From: Macrostomum lignano
Lineage: Eukaryota
Direction of reading: 5' to 3'
Length of the DNA: 64,000 bases
Assembly (NCBI GenBank): GCA_002269645.1
Contig: NIVC01003700.1
Location: 18,046 to 82,045 of the forward strand
Each line of letters begins with the position of its first letter. Positions within the stretch are counted from its first letter, which is position 1. Made by a program: the position numbers and the translations under genes. Shown piece after piece: positions 1-29,620 of this stretch. The notes below the pieces were generated by a model that saw only the letters and a program-made list of their open reading frames with translations, was not told where the DNA came from and made no database searches.

Positions 1-75
1 CACAGAAGCTTCAAATCTACCACAGAAGCTTCAAATCTACCACCGAAGATCCAAATCTACCACAGAAGCTCCACA
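1..75. repeat. 20-bp tandem repeat (CACAGAAGCTTCAAATCTAC), truncated by the window edge
   Basis: Three to four visible units in an unc-13 intron. Confidence 0.8.
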
Positions 76-132
76 CACTATAAGCTACTGACTTAACAAA
101 GCTAGTAAATCACCAAAACGACCTTCTCTTAC

Positions 133-16398
<16,266 letters not shown>

Positions 16399-18614
16399 GA
16401 TGGAAGAAGCTTTGATACGCTGCACACCTCGTGCGCTTGAAGCATTTTGACTTATGTAGAGGTTTTTGGCATGTGTTGCGAGTTGAGTAAGGTAAGAAAA
16501 AATAGCAATTTTATGTTGCCCCAACTGGAGAAGCTATATAGCTCACAATTTAAAATTGTCCAGTGGCACACTTATCGTCTTAAGATATTTACATAGCTAA
16601 TCTAATCAGACTTTTTTGCGTTATTTAATTTTAATTATCATAAAACTGCTGACAATTAACATTTTTTCACAAAAGAGATACATGAAATAACGACATGTTG
16701 TTTAATTTTACCACTAAAACTATTTCAAACCCGGAAAACAATTTTGCTTCATACCGATTATACTGGAATATTGATTTGGCTGAAATATTTTTTTAATCCA
16801 CTCAGAACAACAGCTTGAATCAGTTTGGGAATTCATGGGGCTTGCATGCATTTTAGGTATCGTAAAATATGCGCGTCTTAATCCGATTTCCCCGAGAGAG
16901 AAACCAAGCGGAATTTCCTGTAAGAAAGAAACTATATATAAACTTGCTCTTTGTGCCAAATTAGCTAGCTCGTAGTTAGTAAGTTAGTTTATCCCAGAAC
17001 GCAGGACCGATTCTAATAAAAAGTTTTTGGTCCTATCTATCTATTTATCTATCTATTAAAATACCTCTGCTATGCATATAGTTGGATGAATGCTAGTAGT
17101 GTCAATTCGGGGTAATAAATTGCTAATTTGCACGACTATTATAAGTTATGTTATTCGTAAATATCGTATAGTAAGTACCATGCATATTGGTTTTGCCTTC
17201 GTCTATTCTAACGCGCGAAAACATAAAAATCGAATTTAATTCATCATTTATATACATGTGCCATCATCAGCTCATATTAATTCCTAACTATACATATAAC
17301 TACGACAGCTTTGTAATTTTGCATCATACTGTAAAATCAGAGCTGTAGAGATGCGTGCGCATTCTGGGATGAAGCGGAATTGACAAACGTTGCTGATTTA
17401 TTCATATACTTCGTAGTCTCTTTTTTAACCAAGCTTACATGTAGAATTGTCTTGAAGAGAATCGGCAGCTCCGAATGTTGAAGGAGTGTTGAGAGCTTTA
17501 ATCAAGTCAACTGAGCTGAAAGGTTAAATATTAAAAAAGCTAAAGCCACCATGGATTTTAGCTACCAAGTCTCTCGGCAAGTATAATTAATAAATCATGT
17601 CAAGAGATTTTCTGTCAACTTCTTCAAGGATTAATCCTTCTAGCTTCTCAAAATTAAGTAGCGCGGTCTGGTAGATGACGGTTACAACGGAGTAAAAATT
17701 AATTAAAATTTGAGTCGAATACTTTTACGACGCAAGCACAGCTACAGAATTCGTATGTATGCGCACTTAAGGCGTGTTTTTAGAAGAAAAAATCAATCAA
17801 CAGAATAAGTGGTACTCGAACCAAAAACGAATTGATTAAGCCCAAAAAAATAAAAAGATCTGAAAGCCTTGCAGATTGACCATCTTTCACCAATCAGGGC
17901 CGCTTGGGGAGTTGCACCAGGTGCCCGCAGCCGTGCTGCAGTATTAATAATAATATTTTTATTAAAATTTGCCCAATGTTAAGAAGCTTTTGTGTTGGCA
18001 GGAGTGCCCCAGTCATTCAGACTGACTGAGATACCCCATGAGCCACATAGAGCAGGTTACAATTGCTCGTGTCTATTTCACGGAAAATGTAAAATGCCTA
18101 ATGGGCTTAAGTGCCCATACTGATGAGAAATCAGTGCCCATAATGATGATACAAATGAGAAAAAAATATATAAATGAATGAATTAAATTCTACAGTTTTC
18201 ATGTTTAATGAATTTAGCTTCAGGGCAAATGTACCAAAATAGAGTCTTAAAATGTGCCACACTCGCTCGTTAGGAAGAGGATTTCAAATCGGGCTCAGTC
18301 TGTATACGCAATTTATTTTCTATGAAATGAAAGCAAACCTAAACGATTATTTCTATATTTTCCTTTCAATAGGCTTATAAAAAATTCTAAGGTAATAATT
18401 GCTTCCCCAAAGATAAACATAGCCGCTTTAGAGGTAACTGATGCGAGGGGTCGATATTGTTCATTTATGCTGCGAAACGTCCTTTGAAAACAATTCAACT
18501 GCTGAATGACAGAATGCTGCTGGTCAGAAAATAGAAAGTATTCTAAACAATCACACTGCACTGACGTGTAGTCATGTGTAGTACTGTCGCACAGAGACTG
18601 ACTGATGGGGAGGG

Positions 18615-20915
18615 GGATAGGGAGTGTCTCATGGGGAATGACTCATGGGGAATGACTCATGAGGAGTGTCTCATGGGGAGTGTCTTATGTGGAGTGTCTC
18701 ATGGGGAGTGTCTCTCATGGCGAGTGTCTCTCCTAGGGAATGTTTCATGGGGAATGTCTCATGGGGAATGTCTCATGGGGAATGTCTCATGAGGAGTGTC
18801 TCATGGAGAGTGTCTTGTGTGGAGTGTCTCATGGGGAGTGTCTCGTGGGGAGTGTCTCTTAGGGAGTGTCTCTCATAGGGAATGTTTCATGAGGAGTGTC
18901 TCATGGGGAGTGTCTCGTGGGGAGTGTCTCTTAGGGAGTGTCTCTCATAGGGAATGTTTCATGAGGAGTGTCTCATGGGGAGTGTCTCATGGGGAGTGTC
19001 TCATGGGGAGTGTCTCATGGGGAGTGTCTCATGAGGAGTGTCTCATGGGGAGTGTCTCATGGGGAGTGTCTCATGGGGAGTGTCTCATGGGGAGTGACTT
19101 ATGGGGAGTGACTCATGAGAAGTGACTCGGGGAGTGACTCATGGGGAGTAACTCATGGGGAGTGTCTCTCATGGGGAGTGTCTTATGGGGAGTGACTCAT
19201 GGAAAGTGTCTCATGGGAGTGTCTTATGGGGAGTGACTCATGGGGAGTCACTCATGGGGAGTGTGTCTCATGGGGAGTGTCTCGTGGGGAGTGTCTCGTA
19301 GGGAGTGTCTCTCATAGGGAATGTTTCATGGGGAATGTCTCTCATAGGGAATGTTTCATGGGGAGTGTCTCATGGGGAGTGTCTCATTGGGAGTGACTTA
19401 TGGGGAGTGACTCATGGGGAGTGACTCATGGGGAGTGTGTCTCATGGGGAGTGTCTCGTGGGGAGTGTCTCTTAGGGAGTGTCTCTTATAGGGAATGTTT
19501 CATGAGGAGTGTCTCATGGGGAGTGTCTCATGGGGAGTGTCTCATGGGGAGTGTCTCATGGGGAGTGACTCATGGGGAGTGACTCATGAGAAGTGACTCG
19601 GGGAGTGACTCATGGGGAGTAACTCATGGGGAGTGTCTCTCATGGGGAGTGTCTTATGGGGAGTGACTCATGGAAAGTGTCTCATGGGAGTGTCTTATGG
19701 GGAGTGACTCATGGGGAGTCACTCATGGGGAGTGTGTCTCATGGGGAGTGTCTCGTGGGGAGTGTCTCGTAGGGAGTGTCTCTCATAGGGAATGTTTCAT
19801 GGGGAATGTCTCTCATAGGGAATGTTTCATGGGGAGTGTCTCATGGGGAGTGTCTCATTGGGAGTGACTTATGGGGAGTGACTCATGGGGAGTGACTCAT
19901 GGGAGTGTGTCTCATGGGGAGTGTCTCGTGGGGAGTGTCTCTTAGGGAGTGTCTCTTATAGGGAATGTTTCATGAGGAGTGTCTCATGGGGAGTGTCTCA
20001 TGGGGAGTGTCTCATGGGGAGTGTCTCATGGGGAGTGACTCATGGGGAGTGACTCATGAGAAGTGACTCGGGGAGTGACTCATGGGGAGTAACTCATGGG
20101 GAGTGTCTCTCATGGGGAGTGTCTTATGGGGAGTGACTCATGGAAAGTGTCTCATGGGAGTGTCTTATGGGGAGTGACTCATGGGGAGTGACTCATGGGG
20201 AGTGTGTCTCATGGGGAGTGTCTCGTGGGGAGTGTCTCGTAGGGAGTGTCTCTCATAGGGAATGTTTCATGGGGAATGTCTCTCATAGGGAATGTTTCAT
20301 GGGGAGTGTCTCATGGGGAGTGTCTCATGGGGAGTGTCTCATGGGGAGTGTCTCATGGGGAGTGACTTATGGGGAGTGACTCATGAGAAGTGACTCGGGG
20401 AGTGACTCATGGGGAGTAACTCATGGGGAGTGTCTCTCATGGGGAGTGTCTTATGGGGAGTGACTCATGGAAAGTGTCTCATGGGAGTGTCTTATGGGGA
20501 GTGACTCATGGAGAGTGACTCATGGGGAGTGTGTCTCATGGGGAGTGTCTCGTGGGGAGTGTCTCGTAGGGAGTGTCTCTCATAGGGAATGTTTCATGGG
20601 GAATGTCTCTCATAGGGAATGTTTCATGGGGAGTGTCTCATGGGGAGTGTCTCATGGGGAGTGTCTCATGGGGAGTGTCTCATGGGGAGTGACTTATGGG
20701 GAGTGACTCATGAGAAGTGACTCGGGGAGTGACTCATGGGGAGTAACTCATGGGGAGTGTCTCTCATGGGGAGTGTCTTATGGGGAGTGACTCATGGAAA
20801 GTGTCTCATGGGAGTGTCTTATGGGGATGTCTCATGGGGAATGACTCATGGGGAGTGACTCATGGGGAGTGTCTCATGGGGAGTGACTTACATGTATTGG
20901 GAGTGACTCATGTGT
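18615..20915. repeat. 14-bp G-rich minisatellite (GGGGAGTGTCTCAT) with higher-order repeat
   Basis: Landmark ATGGAAAGTG at 19199, 19670, 20140, 20467 and 20794. Confidence 0.96.
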
Positions 20916-21375
20916 AGTATTGTCTCACAGGAAGAGAGTATAGAGATGTGTAATAGAGAGGGACTCATAGGAAGTGAATCATTTGGAGTGACACATGGGG
21001 AGTGACTCGTAAAGATACGATCATAGCTGGTGACTCAAACGCTCTCAGCATTTAATTAGGCAGCTGTGGATAAGAGTGACTTCTGTAGAGTGACTGAGTT
21101 AAATGCTGTAATCAAAAGGAAATAGAATGCAAAATTAGAGTACCATATATAGTTGAATGCATCTTTCAAATAACTCATAAAACGGATCTTCGCAGTCAAG
21201 CCAATTAAACTAATTGGTTTAAACTGCACTCTTTAGTTGTAACGATAGATCCAAAAATATCGACTGTTTTTGATTATCGAACAAAATTTCGAATCTTTTT
21301 TCTAGCTTATTAAAAATGAAACTGACAGAAAAAAACGTTTAATGGGATTTATTTTAAACGAAAAACGATTACGCA

Positions 21376-22580
21376 TCTATCTAAAGCAAAATCCTATATC
21401 TGTGTGATGGATTTTTTTAAAAACAGCTCAACCGATTTTCACCAAATTTGCACCATTCGATTACAAATTGTCAGCCATCGGTATGGTTAAAATTATTAGT
21501 GTCTACGCCATTTCCAAGTGCAGTTAAAATTTAAAAAACTGTATTTTTACTATCTAAATAGTGTGTTCTTCTGGCAGTCAGGGCTCAATATGTCTATGGC
21601 CATAGACTAAACTTCAATTCAATTTCTTAAGCTGATGCTACGAGCTATAAATAATTAAATACGAGTGCAATTTAAAAGTATTGAATTATTGCGCCACTAT
21701 GTATATAATATATGCAACGAGAGAAAAATGCTCAGTGGCTGCTTGCTGTCTGGGGGATGCTTGCTGTCTGGGGGATGCTTGCTGTCTGGGGGATGCTTGC
21801 TGTCTGGGGGATGCTTGCTGTCTGGGGATGCTTGCTGTCTGGGGGATGCTTGCTGTCTGGGGGATGCTTGCTGTCTGGGGGGATGCTTGTTGTCTGGGGG
21901 ATGCTTGCTGTCTGGGGGATGCTTGCTATCTGGGGGATGCTTGCTGTCTGGGGGATGCTTTCTTGCTGTCTGGGGGATGCAATTGCTGTCTGGGGGATGC
22001 TTGTTGTCTGGGGGATGCTTGCTGTCTGGGGGATGCTTGCTGTCTGGGGATGCTTGCTATCTGGGGGATGCTTGTTGTCTGGGGGATGCTTTCTTGCTGT
22101 CTGGGGATGCTTGCTGTCTGGGGGATGCTTGCTGTCTGGGGGATGCTTGCTGTCTGGGGGATGCTTGCTGTCTGGGGGATGCTTGTTGTCTGGGGGATGC
22201 TTGCTATCTGGGGGATGCTTGTTGTCTGGGGGATGCTTTCTTGCTGTCTGGGGGATGCTTGCTGTCTGGGGGATGCTTGTTGTCTGGGGGATGCTTGCTA
22301 TCTGGGGGATGCTTTCTTGCTGTCTGGGGGATGCTTGCTGTCTGGGGGATGCTTGTTGTCTGGGGGATGCTTGCTGTCTGAGGAATGCTTGCTGTCTGAG
22401 GAATGCTTGCTGTCTGGGGGATGCTTGCTGTCTGAGGAATGCTTGCTGTCTGGGGGATGCTTGCTATCTGGGGGATGCTTGCTGTCTGGGGGATTGCTTG
22501 CTACATTACATCAGTATTAAAATTATTACATTCTTTCTTTGCTCCCCAATGGGGGGGGCGTAGATTGTTGTTCACTCTAG
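21376..22580 (+). mobile_element. Non-autonomous Helitron-like element A carrying an 18-bp minisatellite
   Basis: Begins A|TC (21375/21376). Contains AAAACAGCTCAACCGATTTTCACCAAATTTGCACCATTCGAT, shared with element B. Ends with hairpin CCCCAATGGGG then GGGGCGTAGATTG, as in element B; its terminal CTAG is degenerate or displaced to 22577-22580. Confidence 0.55.
21740..22500. repeat. 18-bp minisatellite (TGCTTGCTGTCTGGGGGA)
   Basis: Tandem units inside Helitron-like element A; same family as 58165-58580. Confidence 0.96.
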
Positions 22581-23377
22581 AGCCACAAGCTAAGCGCTAA
22601 ACGCGACTTTAGAAAATTGCTTTGGAAAATTTATTTCCACAGCTTCGTCATCACTTTAACAACAATCGAAAGAGAGATTCTTGCAAAAAATGTCAATTTT
22701 GAAAAGGTCGGTTTTGTTATGTCCAGCGATTGTGACCCATTGTGATGGCATGCTCGACTGTATGCGGAGATGTCTAAATATGTTACAAGCCTCGGTACTC
22801 ACAGACCTTATGATTTCGCATCCATCTGTCAAATGACATTAAATAACATTTAAACACTGAATAACAATCAGATAACGGGATGTCCCTTTTTTATCTGTTT
22901 TATTGGACTAATCTGCTTACATGTACTTGATGCCTGTTTCACTATCCATCATTTTTTTATCATTTCAAAATGTTCAATCCAATTAAGCAACCCAAGCCAA
23001 ATCATACGGTCTCATTGCAAAAATTTGCCATCTACAAAAAAACAAGTTTACAAAAACAATTTGTTATTTTCACGTGCAAGCGGATTAGCATGCGTTCCAG
23101 GCAGCTGGATAAACAAGACTCAGATCGTGTTTCTCGTCTTTGGGATTTTTTCCGAATTGAAAAACCCGACCTGCGACGCGAGGCAGAACCGTGAAAGATT
23201 TTAAACGAGAATGGTGTCCTGAATGAACAAGTGCGGTCAACTCGTGATTAAAAATACGAGTAATTAATTACATTTTTTATGGAGATTGATGCTGTTTTTA
23301 CTTTTCACTTCAAGAGAACTTAATTTACAAAGATCTTAGAGTTTTTGAAGATCTGTTTCAGTTCTACGGAATGGAAA

Positions 23378-23610
23378 GGGGGTTGCAGCCCAGTGGTTAG
23401 AGCGTCTGACTCACGACTTGAAGGTCGGGGGTTCGATTCTCGATCCCACTGGAACAATTTGTCCGTGAGCCAAGACACTTAACTCTGCATTGCTTCAGTT
23501 CACCCAGCTGTAAAATGGGTGCCAGCATTAGCTGGGGTAATTTAGGGTGTGCGTGGCGACCCCAGTTCTTGGGAATAGCGGTACGCAGCATTTAGATGCA
23601 ATAGCTTCCG
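23378..23610 (+). mobile_element. tRNA-derived SINE with CORE/Meta-type central domain
   Basis: A-box-like GCAGCCCAGTGGTTAGAGC and B-box GGTTCGATTCT, then GAGCCAAGACACTTAACTCTGCATTGCTTCAGTTCACCCAGCTGTAAAATGGGT, which resembles the conserved SINE central domain (CAAGTCACTTAAC...CTGTAAAATGGG). Confidence 0.75.
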
Positions 23611-25274
23611 AAAATATTATTACATGTACTGTTATTCCATTCTATCTTTATGTCTGAAGCTTGTCCTGCGATTCACGTCCACGAGCGCATCAAATACTCG
23701 TATCAAGCAGATTTAATCAAGTAAAGTAGATAAGAAACGGACATAAAATTCGTTGTTCCAGGTATCTCCAGGATCGCTGTTGAAATAATAAATAATAATC
23801 TGTCTGCCGCTGTCGAAGCTCTGGAAATGAATTCTTCAGAGCAATTTTACGAGCTAGGAAATGGATTCGTGCACCAACCTGTTTGTTCTTATCCGCAAGC
23901 AGTTTTATTATCAATCTATTCTACGAAATAAAGGATTTCTTCAGCCCGCTTATCTACGCACGATTCTCCTTGCTCCCATAAGCGCGCGGACTTGTGCGCT
24001 TCTCATCAATCTTCTCAGCAATCGTGCGTTGAAAATGAATTAGCGAATTGGAATTGGGTAGAAATTGCTCCGCTGTCTGCCGCTAATCCAGACTAACTAT
24101 GCTTAATTCTTCACTTGAAGACCATCCCCTCCCCGGCAAGGCCTCTGGAAATTCTGCGAGTGCATGCGGATAATAAGTCCGATTGGCAAGCAGGCGGCTT
24201 TCTAGTCACGAACTCAGCCGTTGACTCGAGGAATCATTTTAGTCTTAAGGAATGAATCAAAGTTAGATAAAATTCGTCCAGAGTCCAGTCCCGTATCCGG
24301 AATGGAAAACCCTAACTGAAGATTGCTGGATTCCCAATCTATCTGGACCGATGTGGGCTCACACTTGATCCGAGTTTTCGGAGAGCTAGCATCAGATATT
24401 AGTAAGTCCTTTCTCTGGAAAATCTAATGAAGTCGGATGCTCTTCTCTCGTGAGTTCATTTGCTAGATCTGTTTCTTTAGCAGAGCAGATGTGGGATCTC
24501 AGGAAATGGCATTTCTAGCCAGAAACTGATTGCTCGACAGTCGAACACAGCTTCCGGTATTTTAGGCCGTGGAAATAAGAGCAGCAGTTCATGCGTTCAT
24601 CAAACATGTACTCTCTCCTCTGTGCCTTGGATGTTGGCCTTCTAGAACGCGTGTTGAAGCCAGGAACTGAAAGTTATCGATGTAAGACACATTCAAATGT
24701 CGCTGCACTCGGTCCTCGAATTCATCGCAAAGCTTCGCAAAAATATTTTGTCTATCGGATAAGATTTCAAATATCCCTGAAGCACAAAGCATACAGCAGG
24801 ATTTACAATCGTCAAAAACTTCAAATAAAGATTTAGGCAAGCAAATAAATTCGACACACGCAAATGTAGTCACGTGGCGTCAGACGGTTTTGAAGCAGCT
24901 CCACGTTTTGCGCTTTTGCGAAAATGTCATCATAAACTGCTACAGCAAGGAGGGCGTAGGAAATTCTTTGATAAGACAAAGCTTGAAACATGGCATCCTG
25001 CATGAATTCGCGAATTGGAAAGACACGCAACGGAGCTAATGAAAAAATACAGTTATAGCAACCGCTGGTTGGGGCAGTCAGTTAGGAAATTGAAACCAGC
25101 AAAGCGAATCCCTATTGGCTAAGAAGCGGAGCCCACTCTCTCCCTAACCCCAGCCAGATGAATGTAGCCCATATTAGGACTGTTCGCAGTGAAAGACGGC
25201 TCATTTAATCTCTGTGTCTGCACCACAGCCAAAACCTTACAAAAAACGAAGTATTTCAGCGACCAATTCGAAGA

Positions 25275-26498
25275 ATGTTCGAAGGCGCATTTCTAATTAA
25301 GTATTACCAGTTAAACAGCAATGTGTGCGCCGCGATCCGTTGGAAGCTTGAGAACATCAGTGGCAGCGAATACCTTGATCCGTACTGCAACGAGTACGAC
25401 GTAGGCATGTCGGGCACGTTTCTGCCGGTGAGCCTGATCGGCCTTCTGCTAAGCCTATTCAGCGCCTGCATCTTCTTGGGCCAGCGTCAACGCACTTCTT
25501 TCCGCACTAGCTTAGTTGCACTGTCTCTGGCCACCAGCGGCTACATGCTGCTGGCCTCCATAGACTTCATCAACGTACTGTCTGGCGCTTGCCTCTACTG
25601 GCGCGACCCGAGGCGCCGGCCTCAGGTCCTGGTGGCGGCAGTTGCTTGCGTACTCTGCGACTGCCTGCTCTGCCTGCGAAATTGGTGCAATCTGCTCATG
25701 ACTGCACAGCGCACCGAGGCTTTAATATTCCCGTTGCGCGTCAATAAGCTGTTAAATAAGCGCAACTTTGTTGCCACCCTGATATTGCTGATTTTTCTGC
25801 TTCTGCCCATGTCTCTTGTGCGCTCGTTCGCCGAGTTTCTGGTGGTCTGCAGCGACTCGCAGAACAGCTTTGCTAGCGTCGGCTATCCGCTGCAACGCGA
25901 CGACAAAGCCGACATTGTCGATCTCGAGTCGCACTATAGCTACCTGTACACGCAGGAGTGGTTCGAGTTCTACGAGGCGCACGTGTTCTTCACTGTCCAG
26001 ACGATCATCCCGGTGACCTGCGTGATGGCCTTCTCCGTGGCAATGTCGGTCACGATGCTGAAGAATCGCGGCGGCGGTGGCGGCGGAGGCGATGGTGGCG
26101 CAGCTTCGGCGGTCCCGTCGCAGAGCAAGCGGAACAAGGCGCGCGCCAGTCGAACCGTGCTGTGTCTGGCTATCATTTTCAGCGCACTGCAAATGCCCAG
26201 CTACCTGGGCCAACTGCTCATGACTAGCGGCTGGCTCAACTTTCTATTCCAGGATAAGAAATTTCAATTCGTAGCCGAGCTGTCGCTGTTCCTAGACTCG
26301 ATCTTCAATATATTTGTCTACGCCTATTTTGTGCCGGATTTCAAGCTGTTCTTTGTCCGCGCCTGGCGCCGGCTCACCTGTCAACAATTGCCGGAGTCGC
26401 GTCGGCTACCGCCGGGATGCAGCAGCGACTACAGCAGGCGGGTGCAGGACAGCGTCCCAGAGACAAGGGCTCTGCGCGCGACCGGCAGGACCGACTGA
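25275..26498 (+). CDS. Class A (rhodopsin-like) 7TM GPCR, FMRFamide/peptide-receptor-like, single coding exon
   Basis: 407-aa ORF with seven hydrophobic segments, TM3 end MTAQRTEALIFPL (DRY-equivalent), TM6 FSALQMP, TM7 DSIFNIFVY, and a basic amphipathic helix 8 (FKLFFVRAWRR). The true start codon is uncertain. Confidence 0.85.
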   Translation: MFEGAFLIKYYQLNSNVCAAIRWKLENISGSEYLDPYCNEYDVGMSGTFLPVSLIGLLLSLFSACIFLGQRQRTSFRTSLVALSLATSGYMLLASIDFINVLSGACLYWRDPRRRPQVLVAAVACVLCDCLLCLRNWCNLLMTAQRTEALIFPLRVNKLLNKRNFVATLILLIFLLLPMSLVRSFAEFLVVCSDSQNSFASVGYPLQRDDKADIVDLESHYSYLYTQEWFEFYEAHVFFTVQTIIPVTCVMAFSVAMSVTMLKNRGGGGGGGDGGAASAVPSQSKRNKARASRTVLCLAIIFSALQMPSYLGQLLMTSGWLNFLFQDKKFQFVAELSLFLDSIFNIFVYAYFVPDFKLFFVRAWRRLTCQQLPESRRLPPGCSSDYSRRVQDSVPETRALRATGRTD

Positions 26499-27577
26499 AC
26501 CTCGTCAAGGCCTGGAAGCGCCCCGGATATAAGGAACTGAAATACTTTCATAATGAATAATGAACTTAGACTGTCCTTGACACTTAATACCACCGCCCAG
26601 GCATGCGCGAACCACTTCACCGTTTTGAGCTCCATTGTCAGCCGCCCTGTCAATCTGTCAGACATACATTTGACGAAGAGGAATTTTGCACTCTACTCCA
26701 GTCCTCTCTGCCTTCATAGTTGCTGTCCCACTCTTCTAAATTCCCAAATACTCTTATAGTTTTCCTCTCTGCTTTGATTCCGATTTCTGGCACGTAGAGA
26801 AGTACGTAAATATTTTCGCGATTTTTCAGATGATCAAACTCAAAATAGATAGTTAATTCAACTGTGGAACAAAAACATTTTCGTGATCATTTTATTTTTG
26901 CCGCTTCCGATTCACTCATTAAAACTCACGATTAAAATCTTTTGTCCAAAATGGAATCCAAACAATTTCCTCTCTGCTTTTTTCTAAATTTTTATGAATT
27001 CTGAGTTCTCTAGTCCTCTTTAACAACATAGAGAATAAAAACACAATGTATTATTTAATTAGCTTGGTCCCGCAAATGGAGCAAACTGACATGCTCCAAA
27101 CAGAATCATTATCATAACGCAACTTCATCCGTTCGGGAGCGGATGGGTAGATTAAATAAATTTGCATTAGGATTCAGTAGCAATATGCCCCCTGGCCTTC
27201 GAGCCTTGGCGGTTTATTTGTCTGCAAAGCTTAATATCTTGTCGTATCATTGATCTGATAATCTCTCTATCCATACCAGCTGCAGATACATATCTAGATT
27301 CACTCGCTGTGAACCTCCCGGGAGGCAACAATAAGCATTGAGCAGTATTCTCGTAAAATAATTTACGAGCTACTTTCTCGATTGATAATGGTAGAGAATA
27401 GCAGTATCCTGGATGATTTAATTTATACACTAGCGCTTTACGTCAGAGGAACCTATACGCGCGATGTAAAAGTACCAATTTATCTGGGATCAACGTCAAG
27501 ACGTCAGATTGCTTTACGGATACTCGTAAAACTAGAACGAAGCTAAACTTGCAAAAAGCACCAGACTTTTTCGCATT

Positions 27578-27890
27578 TAATTTTGAACTAAGGGACAACC
27601 AAAAGTGACAAATCGCAATTCAATTTTGAACTAGGGACAACCAGGTGTGACAAATCGCAATTCAATTTTGAACTAAGGACAACCAAAAGTGACAAATCGC
27701 AATTCAATTTTGAACTAAGGACAACCAAGAGTGACAAATCGCAATTCAATTTTGAACTAGGGACAACCAAAAGTGACAAATCGCAATTCAATTTTGAACT
27801 AAGGACAACCAAAAGTGAAAAATCGCAATTCAATTTTGAACTAGGGACAACCAAAAGTGACAAATCGCTATTCAATTTTGAACTTTGATT
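27578..27890. repeat. 42-bp minisatellite (TTTTGAACTAGGGACAACCAAAAGTGACAAATCGCAATTCAA)
   Basis: About seven units. Confidence 0.93.
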
Positions 27891-28529
27891 TTTTTGCACA
27901 GCGCTGAATGCGGCTTCTTCAGTTCGACAATTAACAATTGCGACGAGGAAGACTCTATTGAACTTTTCAGCCTAATTTTCACGGTTGCTTTAAACGACGT
28001 CACTGATGAAAAAGTACAAGCTGGTAATTAAAAGCTAAAGGTAGAATATAAAGAAGCTAGCGACCAGACACTGTCGTCATGTTATTACCTAGGAGCTATA
28101 CCAGACCTAGCTATCGGTGTGCGGTTTGAGTTCATTAGTTATTCACAGCTCACCGCACACTTGACCACCGCCCGCCTATGCGAGCTATAAGCGACAATCT
28201 TCTCCTTAGAGAGATGGGGATCCTGCATCCTGGCTTAGGGCTCTATACTGACTTCCTCTGAGCTGCTCCTCGGCTGCCAACTTTCTTGAGCTGCGGTGTC
28301 CTCGCAGAGGGCTTAGCATTGATCCCCTTGGGCCAATTTCCAGCTGGGAGCAGTGAAGCATCGCTAGCGTCTCCTGACATCCCGCAGCTATTTGCTTGAC
28401 GGTAATTAGCTGCTGCTCCCGCTAACAGCTCAGCCATTTGATCCTGAATAATAGTGCGACTCAGCATTACCCTGCATACTCGGCGGTCGAACAGCATTGG
28501 AAGCTATGAAGTTCATAGCTGTCTTCGTC

Positions 28530-28586
28530 TGTCCATCTATCTATCTATCTATCTATCTATCCATCTATCTATCTATCTGTCCATCC

Positions 28587-28626
<40 letters not shown>

Positions 28627-28634
28627 GTCCATCC

Positions 28635-28730
<96 letters not shown>
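28530..28730. repeat. (TATC)n/(TCCA)n microsatellite
   Basis: Reverse orientation of the GATA motif. Confidence 0.97.
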
Positions 28731-28731
<1 letters not shown>

Positions 28732-29239
28732 CAGTATTTTTAATAAAATTATGGATGTGCAGCAGTGCAAAGCTAAAATTCAATATAAACAGCAGGATTT
28801 CACAGTTTTCTGATTTCTCACAGGCATCAGCAAATAACAGTGCAGAAAGAGACGGTTTGAGTCCAAAAGCTGGAGAGATTTACTGATCGAGAAATTGAGA
28901 AAGGCGATGTTCTGTCAAACAAGCCGCAGCAGGCCTAAGCGGAGCCCATATGCAGATCAATCAAACCTTTAGCATATAATGTCATGAATTTCCCGCTAAG
29001 AGGAAGCCGAACTGTGTACCAGAGTGCCACGGAATCCTGAAACCCATTCCAATGCGTGAATCTTATTGCTTCTTCGCAGGCTGCGATATTAAAAAAAATC
29101 TGTGCGTTATTAAACTCGCTGGGACGTGTGTACTTTTCAGGTTATTAACATAACTGTGAGAGAAGGATGTATGATATGCAAAGTAAATTGACTTCTAGGA
29201 AAGAAAACTGAGTTCTCGGTAATGCTAATCATTTTTATT

Positions 29240-29415
29240 GAGATTAGGAGCCACTAGACTCGTGTGGTGAACGCGTCTCAAGCCAGAACCCTTGCTGGTT
29301 CCATTTCTGGAGTTTGTCCAACGATTCACAGTCATGAGGGCCAACCCAAAGGAGTGTACATGCCTGACCATTAGAAAGTCGAAGGCCGATGTACACCCTG
29401 CGTGAATATTTATTT
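29240..29415 (+). mobile_element. tRNA-derived SINE family B, copy 1 (internally deleted)
   Basis: Shares AACGCGTC...ACCC.TG..TCCATTT, CGATTCAC..TGAGGGCC.ACCC and ATTAGAAAGTCG..GCCG.TGTACACCCTG with copies near 48.7, 51.2 and 54.0 kb. Confidence 0.6.
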
Positions 29416-29620
29416 GTCTTTCTAGATTAACAAGCCTGGGTGACAATGGTCTCCAGTTTTAATCGCCTCCATTATGGAGTGTAGGAAAGGTATCAAAAAT
29501 CGAGGATAAATTTGGATTTGACAAAATTATTTAGAGTTAGAGTCAACCTTGAATAAGTTTTCATGGCATTGTCTTTTAGACTTCCTAGACATTTGTTTCT
29601 CTTGAATCACATCCCTCGGT

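Noticed and set aside
16715-16975. Weak piggyBac-like phrase (VWEFMGLACILGIVKYARL) on the plus strand
   Set aside because: Only one short motif, with stops nearby and no TIRs or TTAA target duplication identified.
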